Source of the DNA: Deltaproteobacteria bacterium
Lineage (GTDB): Bacteria > Bdellovibrionota > Bdellovibrionia > Bdellovibrionales > JAMPXM01
NCBI GenBank assembly: GCA_017302795.1
Contig: JAFLCB010000010.1
Location: 34,065-98,064 of the forward strand
Length of the DNA stretch: 64,000 bases
Direction: 5' to 3'
The notes beneath the pieces are model-generated. The model worked only from the letters and a program-made list of their open reading frames with translations. It had not been told where the DNA came from and did not search any database. The stretch's first letter is position 1; every line of letters begins with the position of its first letter. This document shows, one piece after another, positions 10,363 through 19,813 of this stretch. The position numbers and the translations under genes are program-made.

Positions 10363-11061
10363 CTATTTCAGTCGGGTCGTTCGTTGTTCGATTCGTTTCT
10401 CAAGTTTTTGCGCTTTGATGATTCGTTGAACATACACTCCGGGAGTGTGGATCTGATCGGGATCCAATTCACCGACGGGAACGATTTCTTCAACTTCCGC
10501 AATCGTGATTTTACCGGCGGTTGCCATCATAGGATTAAAGTTACGAGCAGTTTTACGATAAACGAGGTTGCCGAACGTGTCCGCTTTCCAGGCTCTAACG
10601 AGTGCGAATTCGCCGGTAATTCCTCGCTCCATAACATATGGTCGACCGTCGAACTCACGAACGTCTTTGCCTTCGGCGACAAGAGTTCCCACACCAGTAG
10701 GTGTGTAGAACGCCGGAATTCCTGCTCCGCCGGCACGCACGCGTTCGGCCAGTGTTCCCTGAGGGCAAAACTCGAGTTCGAGTTCGCCGGACAAATAAAG
10801 TTTTTCGAATGTCGCGTTTTCGCCAACGTAGCTAGAAACCATTTTTTTAATTTGTCGGGTGTGCAAAAGAAGACCTAGGCCGAAGTCATCAATTCCCGCA
10901 TTATTTGAAACGCAGGTAAGCCCCTTCACTCCGCTATCGCGAAGTGCAAGTATTAAGTTCTCTGGAATTCCGCATAGGCCAAAGCCTCCCACAAGTATGG
11001 TCATTCCATCTTTGACACCTTGAAGGGCTTGAGCCGCATCGGTGTAAATCTTTGTTGCCAT
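10363..11061 (-). CDS. scoA: 3-oxoacid CoA-transferase subunit A
   Basis: MATKIYTD...[12 protein letters not shown]. The listed ORF (to 11154) runs into the thiolase gene. The ATG at 11061 abuts the thiolase stop at 11063. Confidence 0.9.
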   Translation of the reverse strand: MATKIYTDAAQALQGVKDGMTILVGGFGLCGIPENLILALRDSGVKGLTCVSNNAGIDDFGLGLLLHTRQIKKMVSSYVGENATFEKLYLSGELELEFCPQGTLAERVRAGGAGIPAFYTPTGVGTLVAEGKDVREFDGRPYVMERGITGEFALVRAWKADTFGNLVYRKTARNFNPMMATAGKITIAEVEEIVPVGELDPDQIHTPGVYVQRIIKAQKLEKRIEQRTTRLK

Positions 11062-11062
11062 T

Positions 11063-12244
11063 TTAAACTCGTTCCACGATGAGAGCAACGGCTTCGCCAC
11101 CGCCGATACAGAGGGTCGCCAAACCATAGCGCTTTTGATGCAAATGCAGGGCATGGACGAGAGTTGTTAAAATTCGTGCGCCCGACGCCCCGATCGGGTG
11201 ACCGATTGCAACAGCACCGCCGTGTACATTCACTTTTTCGCTCGATAATTTAAGGTCTTTCATCGCCACCATTGTTACAGCAGCAAAAGCTTCGTTAATT
11301 TCGAATAAATCAATCTGGTTCATTTCGAGTCCGGCGGCCTTGACAGCTTTCAGCATGGCTCCCGCAGGAGCTGTTGTGAACCATTTCGGATCATGGGCAT
11401 GGGTTGCATAGCTGATAATTTTCGCGAGAGGTTTTGATCCTTGGGCTTTCATTGCAACTTCGCTCATCAACACTAGCGCTGCCGCGCCGTCATTGATTTT
11501 TGATGCATTGGCCGCTGTGATGGAACCGGTTTTATCGAAGGCTGGTTTCAAAGTCGGAATCTTTGAAAGGTCCGATTTCATTGGTTCTTCATCGGCATCG
11601 ACTTTGATCGCACCCTTTTTAGACGCGACCTCGACAGCCGCGATTTCATTTTTAAAATAACCTTCGGCCTGCGCTTTCTGTGCTTTTTTATAGGAGGAAA
11701 CTGCGAATTCATCCTGAGCTTCTCGCGAGAACGTGTTTTCCTTTACGCAGAGCTCGGCAGCCACACCCATGTGGAAATCATTGTACGGATCCCAAAGTCC
11801 GTCCGTGATCATCGAATCAACGAGATTTGTGTTTCCCATTCGAAAGCCAGTGCGGGCTTTCAGTAGTAAATGTGGCGCGAGAGTCATGTTTTCTTGGCCA
11901 CCGGCAATTGCGATGTTGGTGTTACCTAATCGAATGCCGTCAGCGGCCATCATCACAGCTTTCAGACCAGATCCACATACCTTATTAATAGTGAGGCAAG
12001 GTGTTTTGTTCGGGAGTCCGGCGAACAGAGCCGCTTGCCGGGCCGGCGCCTGACCAACGCCCGCCGCGAGCACTTCACCCATGATTACTTCGTCGATCGT
12101 ATCTGCTTTGAGATTCGATTTCGCCAACGCTTCTCGGATCGCGATCGCACCAAGACGCGGCGCAGGAATATCGCTGAATGCACCTTGGAAAGAACCGACG
12201 GGCGTACGGGCAGCTGCTGTAATAAAGACGGCTTGAGTGCTCAT
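11063..12244 (-). CDS. acetyl-CoA C-acetyltransferase (thiolase II)
   Basis: 393 aa. [12 protein letters not shown] (nucleophilic Cys), [28 protein letters not shown]. Confidence 0.95.
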   Translation of the reverse strand: MSTQAVFITAAARTPVGSFQGAFSDIPAPRLGAIAIREALAKSNLKADTIDEVIMGEVLAAGVGQAPARQAALFAGLPNKTPCLTINKVCGSGLKAVMMAADGIRLGNTNIAIAGGQENMTLAPHLLLKARTGFRMGNTNLVDSMITDGLWDPYNDFHMGVAAELCVKENTFSREAQDEFAVSSYKKAQKAQAEGYFKNEIAAVEVASKKGAIKVDADEEPMKSDLSKIPTLKPAFDKTGSITAANASKINDGAAALVLMSEVAMKAQGSKPLAKIISYATHAHDPKWFTTAPAGAMLKAVKAAGLEMNQIDLFEINEAFAAVTMVAMKDLKLSSEKVNVHGGAVAIGHPIGASGARILTTLVHALHLHQKRYGLATLCIGGGEAVALIVERV

Positions 12245-12428
12245 TTGATTGCTCCAATCGAAAACTCATCGAAAAATAACCGTGAAATGTTGTCGACCAA
12301 AGGTGACTCGCCGTCACCTCATGACACTTAAGGCCAAGATATGTCGGTAAAAATCAAATGCCGAAGCCCCAAAAACTTGAGACGATTCGTTTTCGTCGTT
12401 GGGCCCTTTGCAGGATGGGATTTCTTTT

Positions 12429-13487
12429 ATGTTAAACCGAGTTCGTGCTCTATTCGTGGCTACAATTGCGATCGCGTTTGGAGGAAGTTTTTTTTCGCTC
12501 CCTGCGCTTGCTGCCAAAGAAGTCAAATTTAAGGATTATCCTTTTGAAATTTCTAAGGGCGATCGACTGGTGATCACAGGAATTCGCGGGTCGGTTAAAC
12601 TCATTCATCTTCCGCCGGGTAAATCACCTGTCGTGCGGGCAAAAAAGATTCTTCCCACCGCTGCAAAGACGACTGGTTCGCAACTTTTTGAGAACCTCAG
12701 TTTTCAAGTTCGCAAAGAAGGTACCATTGTAACTGTTGAAACGAAGGGTCCTACCTCTCGCCAAGAATATATCGATGCAGCAGGGGCCAATCAGCCGGAA
12801 CTCAGTTTTGAAATCGAAGCACCTTCCACGTTAGCAGAAGTTCATTTTCATTCCGGTCAGGTTATTGCCGTTGGCTGGAAAGATGGGCTGTCTGTTTCAT
12901 TGATCGACGGAAAAATCAGTTCTACCGACGGTGAGGGTGTCTTGCGGGCGATTCTGACCCGCGGCGAGATCAAAGTTGATAAGCAAAAAGGCAACGTTGA
13001 AGTCGAGAATCATGGCGGAAAGGTCATGTTGTCCAACGTCGAAGGCGACGTGCGGCTCTACAGCTTTTCCGGAGATGCTACGCTGACGGCTGTGAGTGGG
13101 AAAGTGCGGTTTAGAGCAAAAGCCGGTAGCTTGAATCTGAACAAGCTCACCGGTGACTTTTTTTTTGAAAACGGTCGTGGCGGAATCTCTGGAACAGCCA
13201 TCGACGGCTCTGTTCGCGGAACCACAGAAGATGGGGCAGTCAACCTACAGCTGGCGGGGGATGCTGATCTTTCTGTCGAAACAGAGGACGGCTCGGTAAC
13301 CGTGAAGGCGCCCGGTGGCTCTGGAGCCTTGCTTAAACTTTCATCCGAAGATGGTCCAATTTTAGCGCCAGAGTCGGTAAGAGTGCCGAAGGTCTCGGGG
13401 CCGAAATCGGTTGTCGCGCGGCTGGACGGAGCTCCCAAAGGACAAATCATTGTGCGGTCGAAGCGCGGTGTGATTCGTATTCGGTAA
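12429..13487 (+). CDS. secreted beta-helix protein (DUF4097-like putative adhesin repeats)
   Basis: MLNRVRALF... signal peptide. The C-terminal half has reiterated G-D/S-V/I strands (GDVRLYSFSGDATLTAVSGKVRFRAKAGSLNL...). The start is chosen at the ATG 30 nt inside the listed ORF. Confidence 0.6.
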   Translation: MLNRVRALFVATIAIAFGGSFFSLPALAAKEVKFKDYPFEISKGDRLVITGIRGSVKLIHLPPGKSPVVRAKKILPTAAKTTGSQLFENLSFQVRKEGTIVTVETKGPTSRQEYIDAAGANQPELSFEIEAPSTLAEVHFHSGQVIAVGWKDGLSVSLIDGKISSTDGEGVLRAILTRGEIKVDKQKGNVEVENHGGKVMLSNVEGDVRLYSFSGDATLTAVSGKVRFRAKAGSLNLNKLTGDFFFENGRGGISGTAIDGSVRGTTEDGAVNLQLAGDADLSVETEDGSVTVKAPGGSGALLKLSSEDGPILAPESVRVPKVSGPKSVVARLDGAPKGQIIVRSKRGVIRIR

Positions 13488-13544
13488 AAAAGACGGTTTT
13501 GTGGCTTTGACAAATCGTGCGAATGTGGGCGAGTTTAGCCACCT

Positions 13545-14429
13545 ATGAAAAAGCAAAAGCCTAAAGCAAAGCCAGGTTCTGCAAAGAAACCGACAGCGGT
13601 TAAAGCTGTGAAAGCTGACAAAAAAGTTCAACCTGCTGCGAAGGCGGCAAAGCCGGTCGCAAAAACGGCAAAGCCCCTCGCTGCCAAGCCTGCGGCGAAA
13701 GCTGGTGTGGTTAAAAACGTAAAAGCTCAAGTAGCGAAAATACCACCGGCAAAAAACCCAGCTGCAAAAAACGCAACGGCAAAGCCGGCCGCAGCCTTCA
13801 AAGCTGGGGCGAAAACGCCAGTCGCCAAAGGGAAAGCTAGCGACAAACCTACTGCGAAGCCTCAAGCGCTTGCGCCAGTTAAGACCGGTGCGGCCGTAAA
13901 GCCTGACTCTGCAAAGCCAGCGGCGAAGGCGGAAAAAGCCCAAAAACCAGCAGCGGATAAAGCTCAGACGGCGCCGAAAGTTACTCAGGCGAAAACTGAG
14001 CCTAAGCCGATTATTGTCGAAGAACCCGATCAGGCCGAAGACGTCGTTCTAACGGATGCAGATGGACGGCGCTATTGCCGGGTCAAGGATTGTGATCGTT
14101 TGGCTGAGGTCGATGCCTATTGCCGCTATCATTACATCCTCCTATGGAAGAACATCCAAACGCGTCGTCACATTCTTCAAGAGGGAAAGCTCGAGCGCTA
14201 CATTGAAGAGCTCACTGCTCGGTACCCAGATAAGTTCCTTGAAATTCTTAAAAAGGATTTGCGCAGCGAGAAAGACTTCTTGGCGGCGATTCAAGAGCTT
14301 GAAATTGACGAGTCGGCAGTTGAAGCAGAATTTGATGACGAAGAATCGCAATCTGATCTCTTCGAAATTCAACGAGTTTCAGATTCCGGCGGCGGCGGTG
14401 CCCGGTCGGAAGAAGACGATCGCTTTTAA
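13545..14429 (+). CDS. Lys/Ala/Pro-rich histone-H1-like protein with C-terminal Cys/His motif and acidic tail
   Basis: About 150 aa of KPAAK/AKPxA repeats, then CRVKDCDRLAEVDAYCRYHY (C-x4-C-x9-C-x2-H), a helical region and an acidic tail. A strong terminator follows. Confidence 0.7.
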   Translation: MKKQKPKAKPGSAKKPTAVKAVKADKKVQPAAKAAKPVAKTAKPLAAKPAAKAGVVKNVKAQVAKIPPAKNPAAKNATAKPAAAFKAGAKTPVAKGKASDKPTAKPQALAPVKTGAAVKPDSAKPAAKAEKAQKPAADKAQTAPKVTQAKTEPKPIIVEEPDQAEDVVLTDADGRRYCRVKDCDRLAEVDAYCRYHYILLWKNIQTRRHILQEGKLERYIEELTARYPDKFLEILKKDLRSEKDFLAAIQELEIDESAVEAEFDDEESQSDLFEIQRVSDSGGGGARSEEDDRF

Positions 14430-14458
14430 GAATCAATTCGCGAAGTCATAGTAAAGGC

Positions 14459-14878
14459 CTATAGCTGACAGGAAAGTTCGGAAACGACTTTCCTGTCTCT
14501 TTTTTTCCTCACTGCAAACAAATCATCCGGAAAGCTAAACAGGATTTCAAACGAAACTGCGCGACTGATTTTGAATTCAAGTGATCGAATCGAAAGCCCG
14601 TTCCAGCGAACACGCTTTTCAGTTGCCATTCCACCAAATCGGCTTGTTTTGGCGCCGTCCTTCCATTCGACCGAGATCATCGTCGGTTGACCGGTTTGTG
14701 CCTTTTGTTCATCAAAAGAAACGGTCGCGACTTCGCCGAGCCCCGAGGGGTCTCCAGTTTCGCACCATAGCTCGATCTCACTTGCACGCGCTGTTTCGGA
14801 AATGAACATGGACGCGACAAGTGCGCCGATGAAGACAAGAATGAGTCCGATGAAGTACAGCCGAAGAATCCGTGGCAT
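14459..14878 (-). CDS. hypothetical membrane-anchored protein
   Basis: 139 aa with an N-terminal TM/signal segment (YFIGLILVFIGALVASMF). No family recognised. Confidence 0.5.
   Translation of the reverse strand: MPRILRLYFIGLILVFIGALVASMFISETARASEIELWCETGDPSGLGEVATVSFDEQKAQTGQPTMISVEWKDGAKTSRFGGMATEKRVRWNGLSIRSLEFKISRAVSFEILFSFPDDLFAVRKKRDRKVVSELSCQL
14467..14508 (+). terminator. rho-independent terminator of the 13545..14429 gene
   Basis: GACAGGAAAGT (14467-14477) pairs with ACTTTCCTGTC (14487-14497) around a 9-nt loop, followed by TCTTTTTTTCC. The hairpin lies inside the last codons of the convergent minus-strand ORF. Confidence 0.75.
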
Positions 14879-14989
14879 GTGTTCTCTCCCTTGATAAGAT
14901 TAATCAAGGGCAGTCATACCCAGCCGCTCTAAAACCGTGCAACCAGGCTTGTTCAAATTGAAAATTCGAAAGCGGGGAGCATCGTTGCT

Positions 14990-15619
14990 CTAGTGTACGT
15001 CGCTATCTTGCTGGGGTGCATCGAGGTCCATTTTCGGTTTGTACCGACCATCACGGATAGCCTGGCTGACATCCTTGGCGAGGTCCGAGTCGATTTCAGC
15101 GCGAGTCATCGCATCCGTTGACGCCTCATGATCTTCGTTGAAAAGGCCAGGAGCACCTTGACCTAGTATCCGATCTGCTTCGTCCTCAAGATGGGTGTTG
15201 ACGGTCGAAAAGCGCAAGTGGACTTTGTGGTCATCAAATTCAAATTCTTCCCAAGTGTAGGGATATTCCACGTCGTCCGATTCTTCTTCGCTTAGGTGCT
15301 CGAAATGCGTTTCAAAAACACTGCCGAGGACGTCAATTCCTAAAAAAAGCTGGTCCATTGAGCTCTTATCGGCGCCCTGATCCGCTGCCATGCCTGAATT
15401 AAGATCGATAGAAACTTCAAAGTTGGTCTGCTTCAGACGGCCTTTTTCAGTGTAGCCAGCCCGCAGAATGATCTCCGTCGGATAGATGCGGCCGTCGATG
15501 AAAAAGTCGCCCTTGACACTTTCTTTGCGAAAATTTTGAGCGAAGACTTGCGCAGCTTTTTCGCGGAATTCCCGAGGAAGAGATGTCCATGTTTTCAGAG
15601 TCGATAAGCGTGGATTCAT
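14990..15619 (-). CDS. hypothetical acidic protein
   Basis: The ORF is open to 15721. The ATG at 15619 (MNPRLSTLK...) is preceded by AGAGG. Asp/Glu-rich C-terminal half. No family recognised. The start is uncertain. Confidence 0.5.
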   Translation of the reverse strand: MNPRLSTLKTWTSLPREFREKAAQVFAQNFRKESVKGDFFIDGRIYPTEIILRAGYTEKGRLKQTNFEVSIDLNSGMAADQGADKSSMDQLFLGIDVLGSVFETHFEHLSEEESDDVEYPYTWEEFEFDDHKVHLRFSTVNTHLEDEADRILGQGAPGLFNEDHEASTDAMTRAEIDSDLAKDVSQAIRDGRYKPKMDLDAPQQDSDVH

Positions 15620-15745
15620 GCGTAAAAAACCTCTAGGCTCGGCGTCATATGGCTTTAACCTAATTTGACTTGGTAGAACGGTGGGGACTATAACGCGAAG
15701 CGGTTCAAAGCGAAAGGGCAAAGCTCTTTATTAGAAAGCAGAATT

Positions 15746-17074
15746 GTGATGATTGAGGACATTGGGCGCGGCCGGGGCGTTTATATTTCAACCTACGGCT
15801 GTCAGATGAACGAGAACGACACGGAAAGAATGCTTTCGCTTCTTGAGATGGTGAATTTTGTTCCCGTCGAGTCGCCTGAAAAGGCCACTTTGATCATTAT
15901 AAACTCCTGTTCGGTCCGTGAAAAACCAGTGCATAAGGTTTGGTCGGAAGTTGGTAAATACAAGGAAATGAAGACTAAAAACCCGGATCTCAAGATCGGG
16001 GTTGGGGGCTGTGTTGCCCAGCAAGAAAAGCAGAAGCTACTGAAAGACATTCCGGTCCTCGATTTCGCGTTTGGAACAGATGCTATCGATCAGCTACCGG
16101 AAATCGTCATGCGAGCTTATCAAACTGGCGAAAAGCAACTGAGCGCTCGTTTTGAAAACGATCGTCCGTATTCGGTCGAAACTATGATTCGAAATCCTGG
16201 CGTCTCGGCTTTTGTTAACATCATGAAGGGCTGCGACAATTTCTGTACATTCTGTGTTGTACCCTTTACCCGTGGGAGAGAGCGGAGCCGGGATCTAAAT
16301 GAGCTTCTTTCCGACATTCAAAAACTCGTTGCCCGCGGAGTAAAAGAAGTCACATTGCTTGGACAAAATGTAAACAGCTACAAAAGTAGCTGTGGAGCGG
16401 ATTTTGGTCAACTTCTTCGGGTGTTAGCGGAAGACACCGACATTCAGCGGATTCGGTACACGACTTCACATCCAAAAGATTTTAATCAAGAGCTTGTTGA
16501 TATTTCCGCTAAATACAGAAGTAAGATTTGCGACTATATTCACTTGCCCGCACAAAGCGGAAACTCGGAAGTATTAAAGAGAATGAATCGCGGTTATACG
16601 CGGGAAGAGTATCTCGACAAGGTACAAATGATTCGTGATGGAATTCCAGGTGTTGTGTTATCGACGGACCTCATCGTCGGTTTTCCCGGCGAAACTGAGG
16701 CGCAATTCATGGATACTTTTAGTCTTATCGAAGAAGTGCGCTACGAAAATATCTACGCGTTTCGCTACAGCCCGCGTCCCTTCACAAAAGCAGCTCGCTT
16801 TGAAGACCAGGTTCCAGAGGATGAAAAGCAACGGCGCTTAAAAATGCTTCTCGATCGTCAGCGCGAAATCAGTTTTGAATTAGCTAAGTCTTCGGCAGGC
16901 TTGCTTGTTGACGTTCTTTTTGAAAACAAAGCCGAGCTTGATGGTCAGATGCGCGGAAGAACATCGCAGAACAAACTTGTTTACGCGCCCGGTCCTGAAA
17001 CGTTGATTGGACAGACAGCAAAGGTAAAAGTCGTGACCGCCTTTCCGTCCGTGCTTCGTGGGGAGATTCATTGA
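15746..17074 (+). CDS. miaB: tRNA-2-methylthio-N6-dimethylallyladenosine synthase
   Basis: 442 aa. N-terminal YGCQMN, the radical-SAM motif CDNFCTFCVVP, and a TRAM C-terminus. Confidence 0.95.
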   Translation: MMIEDIGRGRGVYISTYGCQMNENDTERMLSLLEMVNFVPVESPEKATLIIINSCSVREKPVHKVWSEVGKYKEMKTKNPDLKIGVGGCVAQQEKQKLLKDIPVLDFAFGTDAIDQLPEIVMRAYQTGEKQLSARFENDRPYSVETMIRNPGVSAFVNIMKGCDNFCTFCVVPFTRGRERSRDLNELLSDIQKLVARGVKEVTLLGQNVNSYKSSCGADFGQLLRVLAEDTDIQRIRYTTSHPKDFNQELVDISAKYRSKICDYIHLPAQSGNSEVLKRMNRGYTREEYLDKVQMIRDGIPGVVLSTDLIVGFPGETEAQFMDTFSLIEEVRYENIYAFRYSPRPFTKAARFEDQVPEDEKQRRLKMLLDRQREISFELAKSSAGLLVDVLFENKAELDGQMRGRTSQNKLVYAPGPETLIGQTAKVKVVTAFPSVLRGEIH

Positions 17075-17076
17075 GC

Positions 17077-17775
17077 ATGAAGTCGAAAGTCTCTCGAAAA
17101 GCGTTGTCGCCAAAGACTTTGCCGAAGAAGCTCACGAAAAAGGCGTCTAACGCACGTGCGAAAACAACCGTTGTTTCCGATCAATTTGCGGTGCAGCCGA
17201 CTGTAGCGACGGGAGTCGGGGCAGTTTCTGCTTCGCTTACGGAAGCAGGTTTGGACGCACCAACGGCGGAATGGATGCCACTCATTCCATCTGGCGTGAT
17301 GGTCATGCCCGGTTCCGCGAGACCAGTCTTCTTGCTTAAACATGAAGCCAGTGGCGACACGTTGCCGGTGTGGATGCATCCGCTGGATGCTTCTGTGGCT
17401 CTTCAGGAACTCGGCCAGGGTGAGCTGGGATCGCCGCATGCGGTCACCAGGCAAATTCTTGGTCGGTTAGGAATAACCCATGGTCGATGCTACTTCGTTG
17501 ACCGGGTCGGACATCACCAATACGCCCTTTTGCATCTGACCACGGCTGCCGGGCTTGAACTGCCCGGAGGGGCGATTCGAGTTCGTGCGGACGAAGTCAT
17601 TAGTTTCTGTTTGGCGCTCAAAGTGCTTTTTTTCAGTACAAAAGAGTTTATTGCACAGTGCCGAGTGCTGAATCAGGAACTCGAGAAACTCCAGGAGGGT
17701 CTTTTGACAGGGACTGCGGGAGAAGCGTTCCCAGATCTCGAAATTGATTCCAAGAAGACCGGCTACATGATGTAA
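17077..17775 (+). CDS. bifunctional nuclease (DUF151/BFN)-like protein with basic N-terminal extension
   Basis: The ATG at 17077 lies just after the miaB stop. The core (RPVFLLKHEASGDTLPVWMHPLDASVALQEL...PHAVTRQIL) follows the BFN-domain pattern. The first ~60 aa are basic and low-complexity. Confidence 0.6.
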   Translation: MKSKVSRKALSPKTLPKKLTKKASNARAKTTVVSDQFAVQPTVATGVGAVSASLTEAGLDAPTAEWMPLIPSGVMVMPGSARPVFLLKHEASGDTLPVWMHPLDASVALQELGQGELGSPHAVTRQILGRLGITHGRCYFVDRVGHHQYALLHLTTAAGLELPGGAIRVRADEVISFCLALKVLFFSTKEFIAQCRVLNQELEKLQEGLLTGTAGEAFPDLEIDSKKTGYMM

Positions 17776-17784
17776 TGCCGAGGG

Positions 17785-18342
17785 ATGAAGCCCAATCATC
17801 CCGCGCCTTGTGTGATTCCACTTCTTGGCTCTTTTCCTGAAGTTGGAGAAGGAACCTTTCTCGCCCCCACATCTGCTTTGATCGGCCAGGTTAAACTTGG
17901 GAAAAACTGTTCTGTTTGGTTTTCGACAGTTCTCCGTGGTGACGTTGGACCGATCGAAATTGGTGATGAAACAAATATTCAAGACGGATCTGTCATTCAC
18001 GGCACTTTCAAAAAAGCTTTTGCGAAAATCGGTCGCCGAGTGACGATCGGGCATATGGTGACGATTCATGGATGCACCATTGGTAATCTTTGCTTGATAG
18101 GTATGGGCGCCATCATCATGGACGGAGCACATATTCCAAACAGGTCCATCGTCGGAGCAGGTAGCTTGGTGACTGAAGGTTCGACGTTCGAAGAGGGGTT
18201 GCTGATTCTGGGCCGTCCAGCAAAAGCGGTGCGTCCTCTCAACGAAAAGGAACTCGCGTTCCTTGATAAATCTGCTGACAACTATCTCATGTACAAAGAC
18301 TGGTATCAGAACCCCGAAAAACATCAGGAGCGACCTTCATGA
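17785..18342 (+). CDS. gamma-class carbonic anhydrase / hexapeptide-repeat (YrdA/PaaY-like) protein
   Basis: 185 aa. Left-handed beta-helix hexapeptide repeats (IGDETNIQDGSVIHG, IGHMVTIHGCTIG) and a C-terminal helix. Confidence 0.85.
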   Translation: MKPNHPAPCVIPLLGSFPEVGEGTFLAPTSALIGQVKLGKNCSVWFSTVLRGDVGPIEIGDETNIQDGSVIHGTFKKAFAKIGRRVTIGHMVTIHGCTIGNLCLIGMGAIIMDGAHIPNRSIVGAGSLVTEGSTFEEGLLILGRPAKAVRPLNEKELAFLDKSADNYLMYKDWYQNPEKHQERPS

Positions 18343-19802
18343 GTCTCGATAAACCCATGCTTGCACTAACCTTTGACGATATCTTGTTGGTCCCGCAGTA
18401 CTCCGAAGTGATTCCATCGTCGGTCACGACGAGATCTCACTTCGCTAGAGGGATTACCCTTAACTCGCCGGTGATTTCAGCCGCGATGGACACCGTGACT
18501 GGCCACAAAATGGCGCGAGTGATGGCCCAGCAAGGTGGCCTCGGAATCATTCATAAGAATATGTCTATCGAAGAGCAGGCGATGGATGCCGAGAAAGTAA
18601 AAAAATATGAATCGGGAATGATTCGCGATCCGATCACTATCGGACCTGATAAAAAAGTTGCTGATGCGCTCGAAATCATGCGGAAGTATTCGATCTCCGG
18701 TGTACCGATCACGGTCGACATGAAGTTAGTTGGCATTTTGACAAATCGAGATCTGCGCTTTGAAACCAACACGAAGCAACTAATCAAGGATGTGATGACG
18801 AAGGAGCGCCTGGTGACGGCTGAGGTCGGAACCACTTTAGAAAAAGCAAAAGAGATTTTACAGCGCCACAGAATCGAAAAGCTTCCGATCGTCGATAAAG
18901 AGGGCCGTCTAAAAGGCCTCATCACAATTAAAGATATTGAAAAAGCAAAAGAGTACCCGCTAGCGACTAAAGATTCTCACGGACGTTTGGTGGCGGGCGC
19001 TGCGGTCGGCATTGATGCAACTTCACGCGACCGCGTGCAAGCCCTTGTGGCTGCGGGTTGTGACGTGATTTGTGTGGATACAGCGCACGGTCATTCGAAG
19101 AACGTGCTGGACATGGTTGAATGGGTTTCCAAGACCTTCAAAGATACAATCGTTGTTGCCGGCAACGTCGTTACGAAAGATGGCACTGAGGCGTTAATTG
19201 GACGCGGAGCCGAAGTTGTTAAGGTTGGAATTGGACCCGGCTCGATTTGTACGACTCGCGTTGTTGCGGGCGTCGGGATGCCGCAAATTTCTGCAGTGAT
19301 CGAATGTTCGCTGGCCGCAAAAAAACTCGGCAAAACCATTATTGCCGATGGCGGGATCAAGTACTCCGGTGACGTCACAAAAGCGCTCGCACTTGGAGCC
19401 TCCTGCGTGATGATCGGAAATCTTTTGGCCGGAGCAGATGAAAGTCCTGGCGAATCGCTGCTGTACCAGGGACGCACTTATAAAGTTTATCGAGGAATGG
19501 GGTCGCTTGGTGCAATGGCACTTGGTTCGAAAGATCGTTACTTCCAGAGCGACGTAAATGACTTCGAGAAGCTAGTGCCGGAAGGAATCGAAGGAAAAGT
19601 TCCGTACAAAGGAAGTGCCTCGGCGATTCTTCACCAGCTAGTCGGCGGACTAAAAAGCGGTATGGGATATATGGGTTCCCAGTCGATCGCAGAATTACAA
19701 GCAAAAGCTAAATTCGTTCAGATTTCTTCTTCGGGTCTTCGAGAGTCTCATGTCCATGACGTCAGCATCACCAAAGAAGCACCTAACTACCGGTTAGAAT
19801 AG
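18339..19802 (+). CDS. guaB: IMP dehydrogenase
   Basis: 487 aa. CBS pair and the catalytic loop GIGPGSICTTR. ATGA overlap with the upstream gene. Confidence 0.97.
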   Translation: MSLDKPMLALTFDDILLVPQYSEVIPSSVTTRSHFARGITLNSPVISAAMDTVTGHKMARVMAQQGGLGIIHKNMSIEEQAMDAEKVKKYESGMIRDPITIGPDKKVADALEIMRKYSISGVPITVDMKLVGILTNRDLRFETNTKQLIKDVMTKERLVTAEVGTTLEKAKEILQRHRIEKLPIVDKEGRLKGLITIKDIEKAKEYPLATKDSHGRLVAGAAVGIDATSRDRVQALVAAGCDVICVDTAHGHSKNVLDMVEWVSKTFKDTIVVAGNVVTKDGTEALIGRGAEVVKVGIGPGSICTTRVVAGVGMPQISAVIECSLAAKKLGKTIIADGGIKYSGDVTKALALGASCVMIGNLLAGADESPGESLLYQGRTYKVYRGMGSLGAMALGSKDRYFQSDVNDFEKLVPEGIEGKVPYKGSASAILHQLVGGLKSGMGYMGSQSIAELQAKAKFVQISSSGLRESHVHDVSITKEAPNYRLE

Positions 19803-19813
19803 AGGAGCAGGCG

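Noticed and set aside
11062-11154. N-terminal extension of the scoA ORF (MPCICIKS...)
   Set aside because: It lies inside the thiolase coding region. The conserved ScoA N-terminus begins at MATKIY (11061), right after the thiolase stop.
13362-13943. 193-aa minus-strand ORF (and 13058..13513) antisense to the Lys/Ala-rich and DUF4097 genes
   Set aside because: This is an artefact of low-complexity GC-rich repeats on the opposite strand. The Arg/Cys/Phe-rich composition looks like nonsense and there is no RBS.
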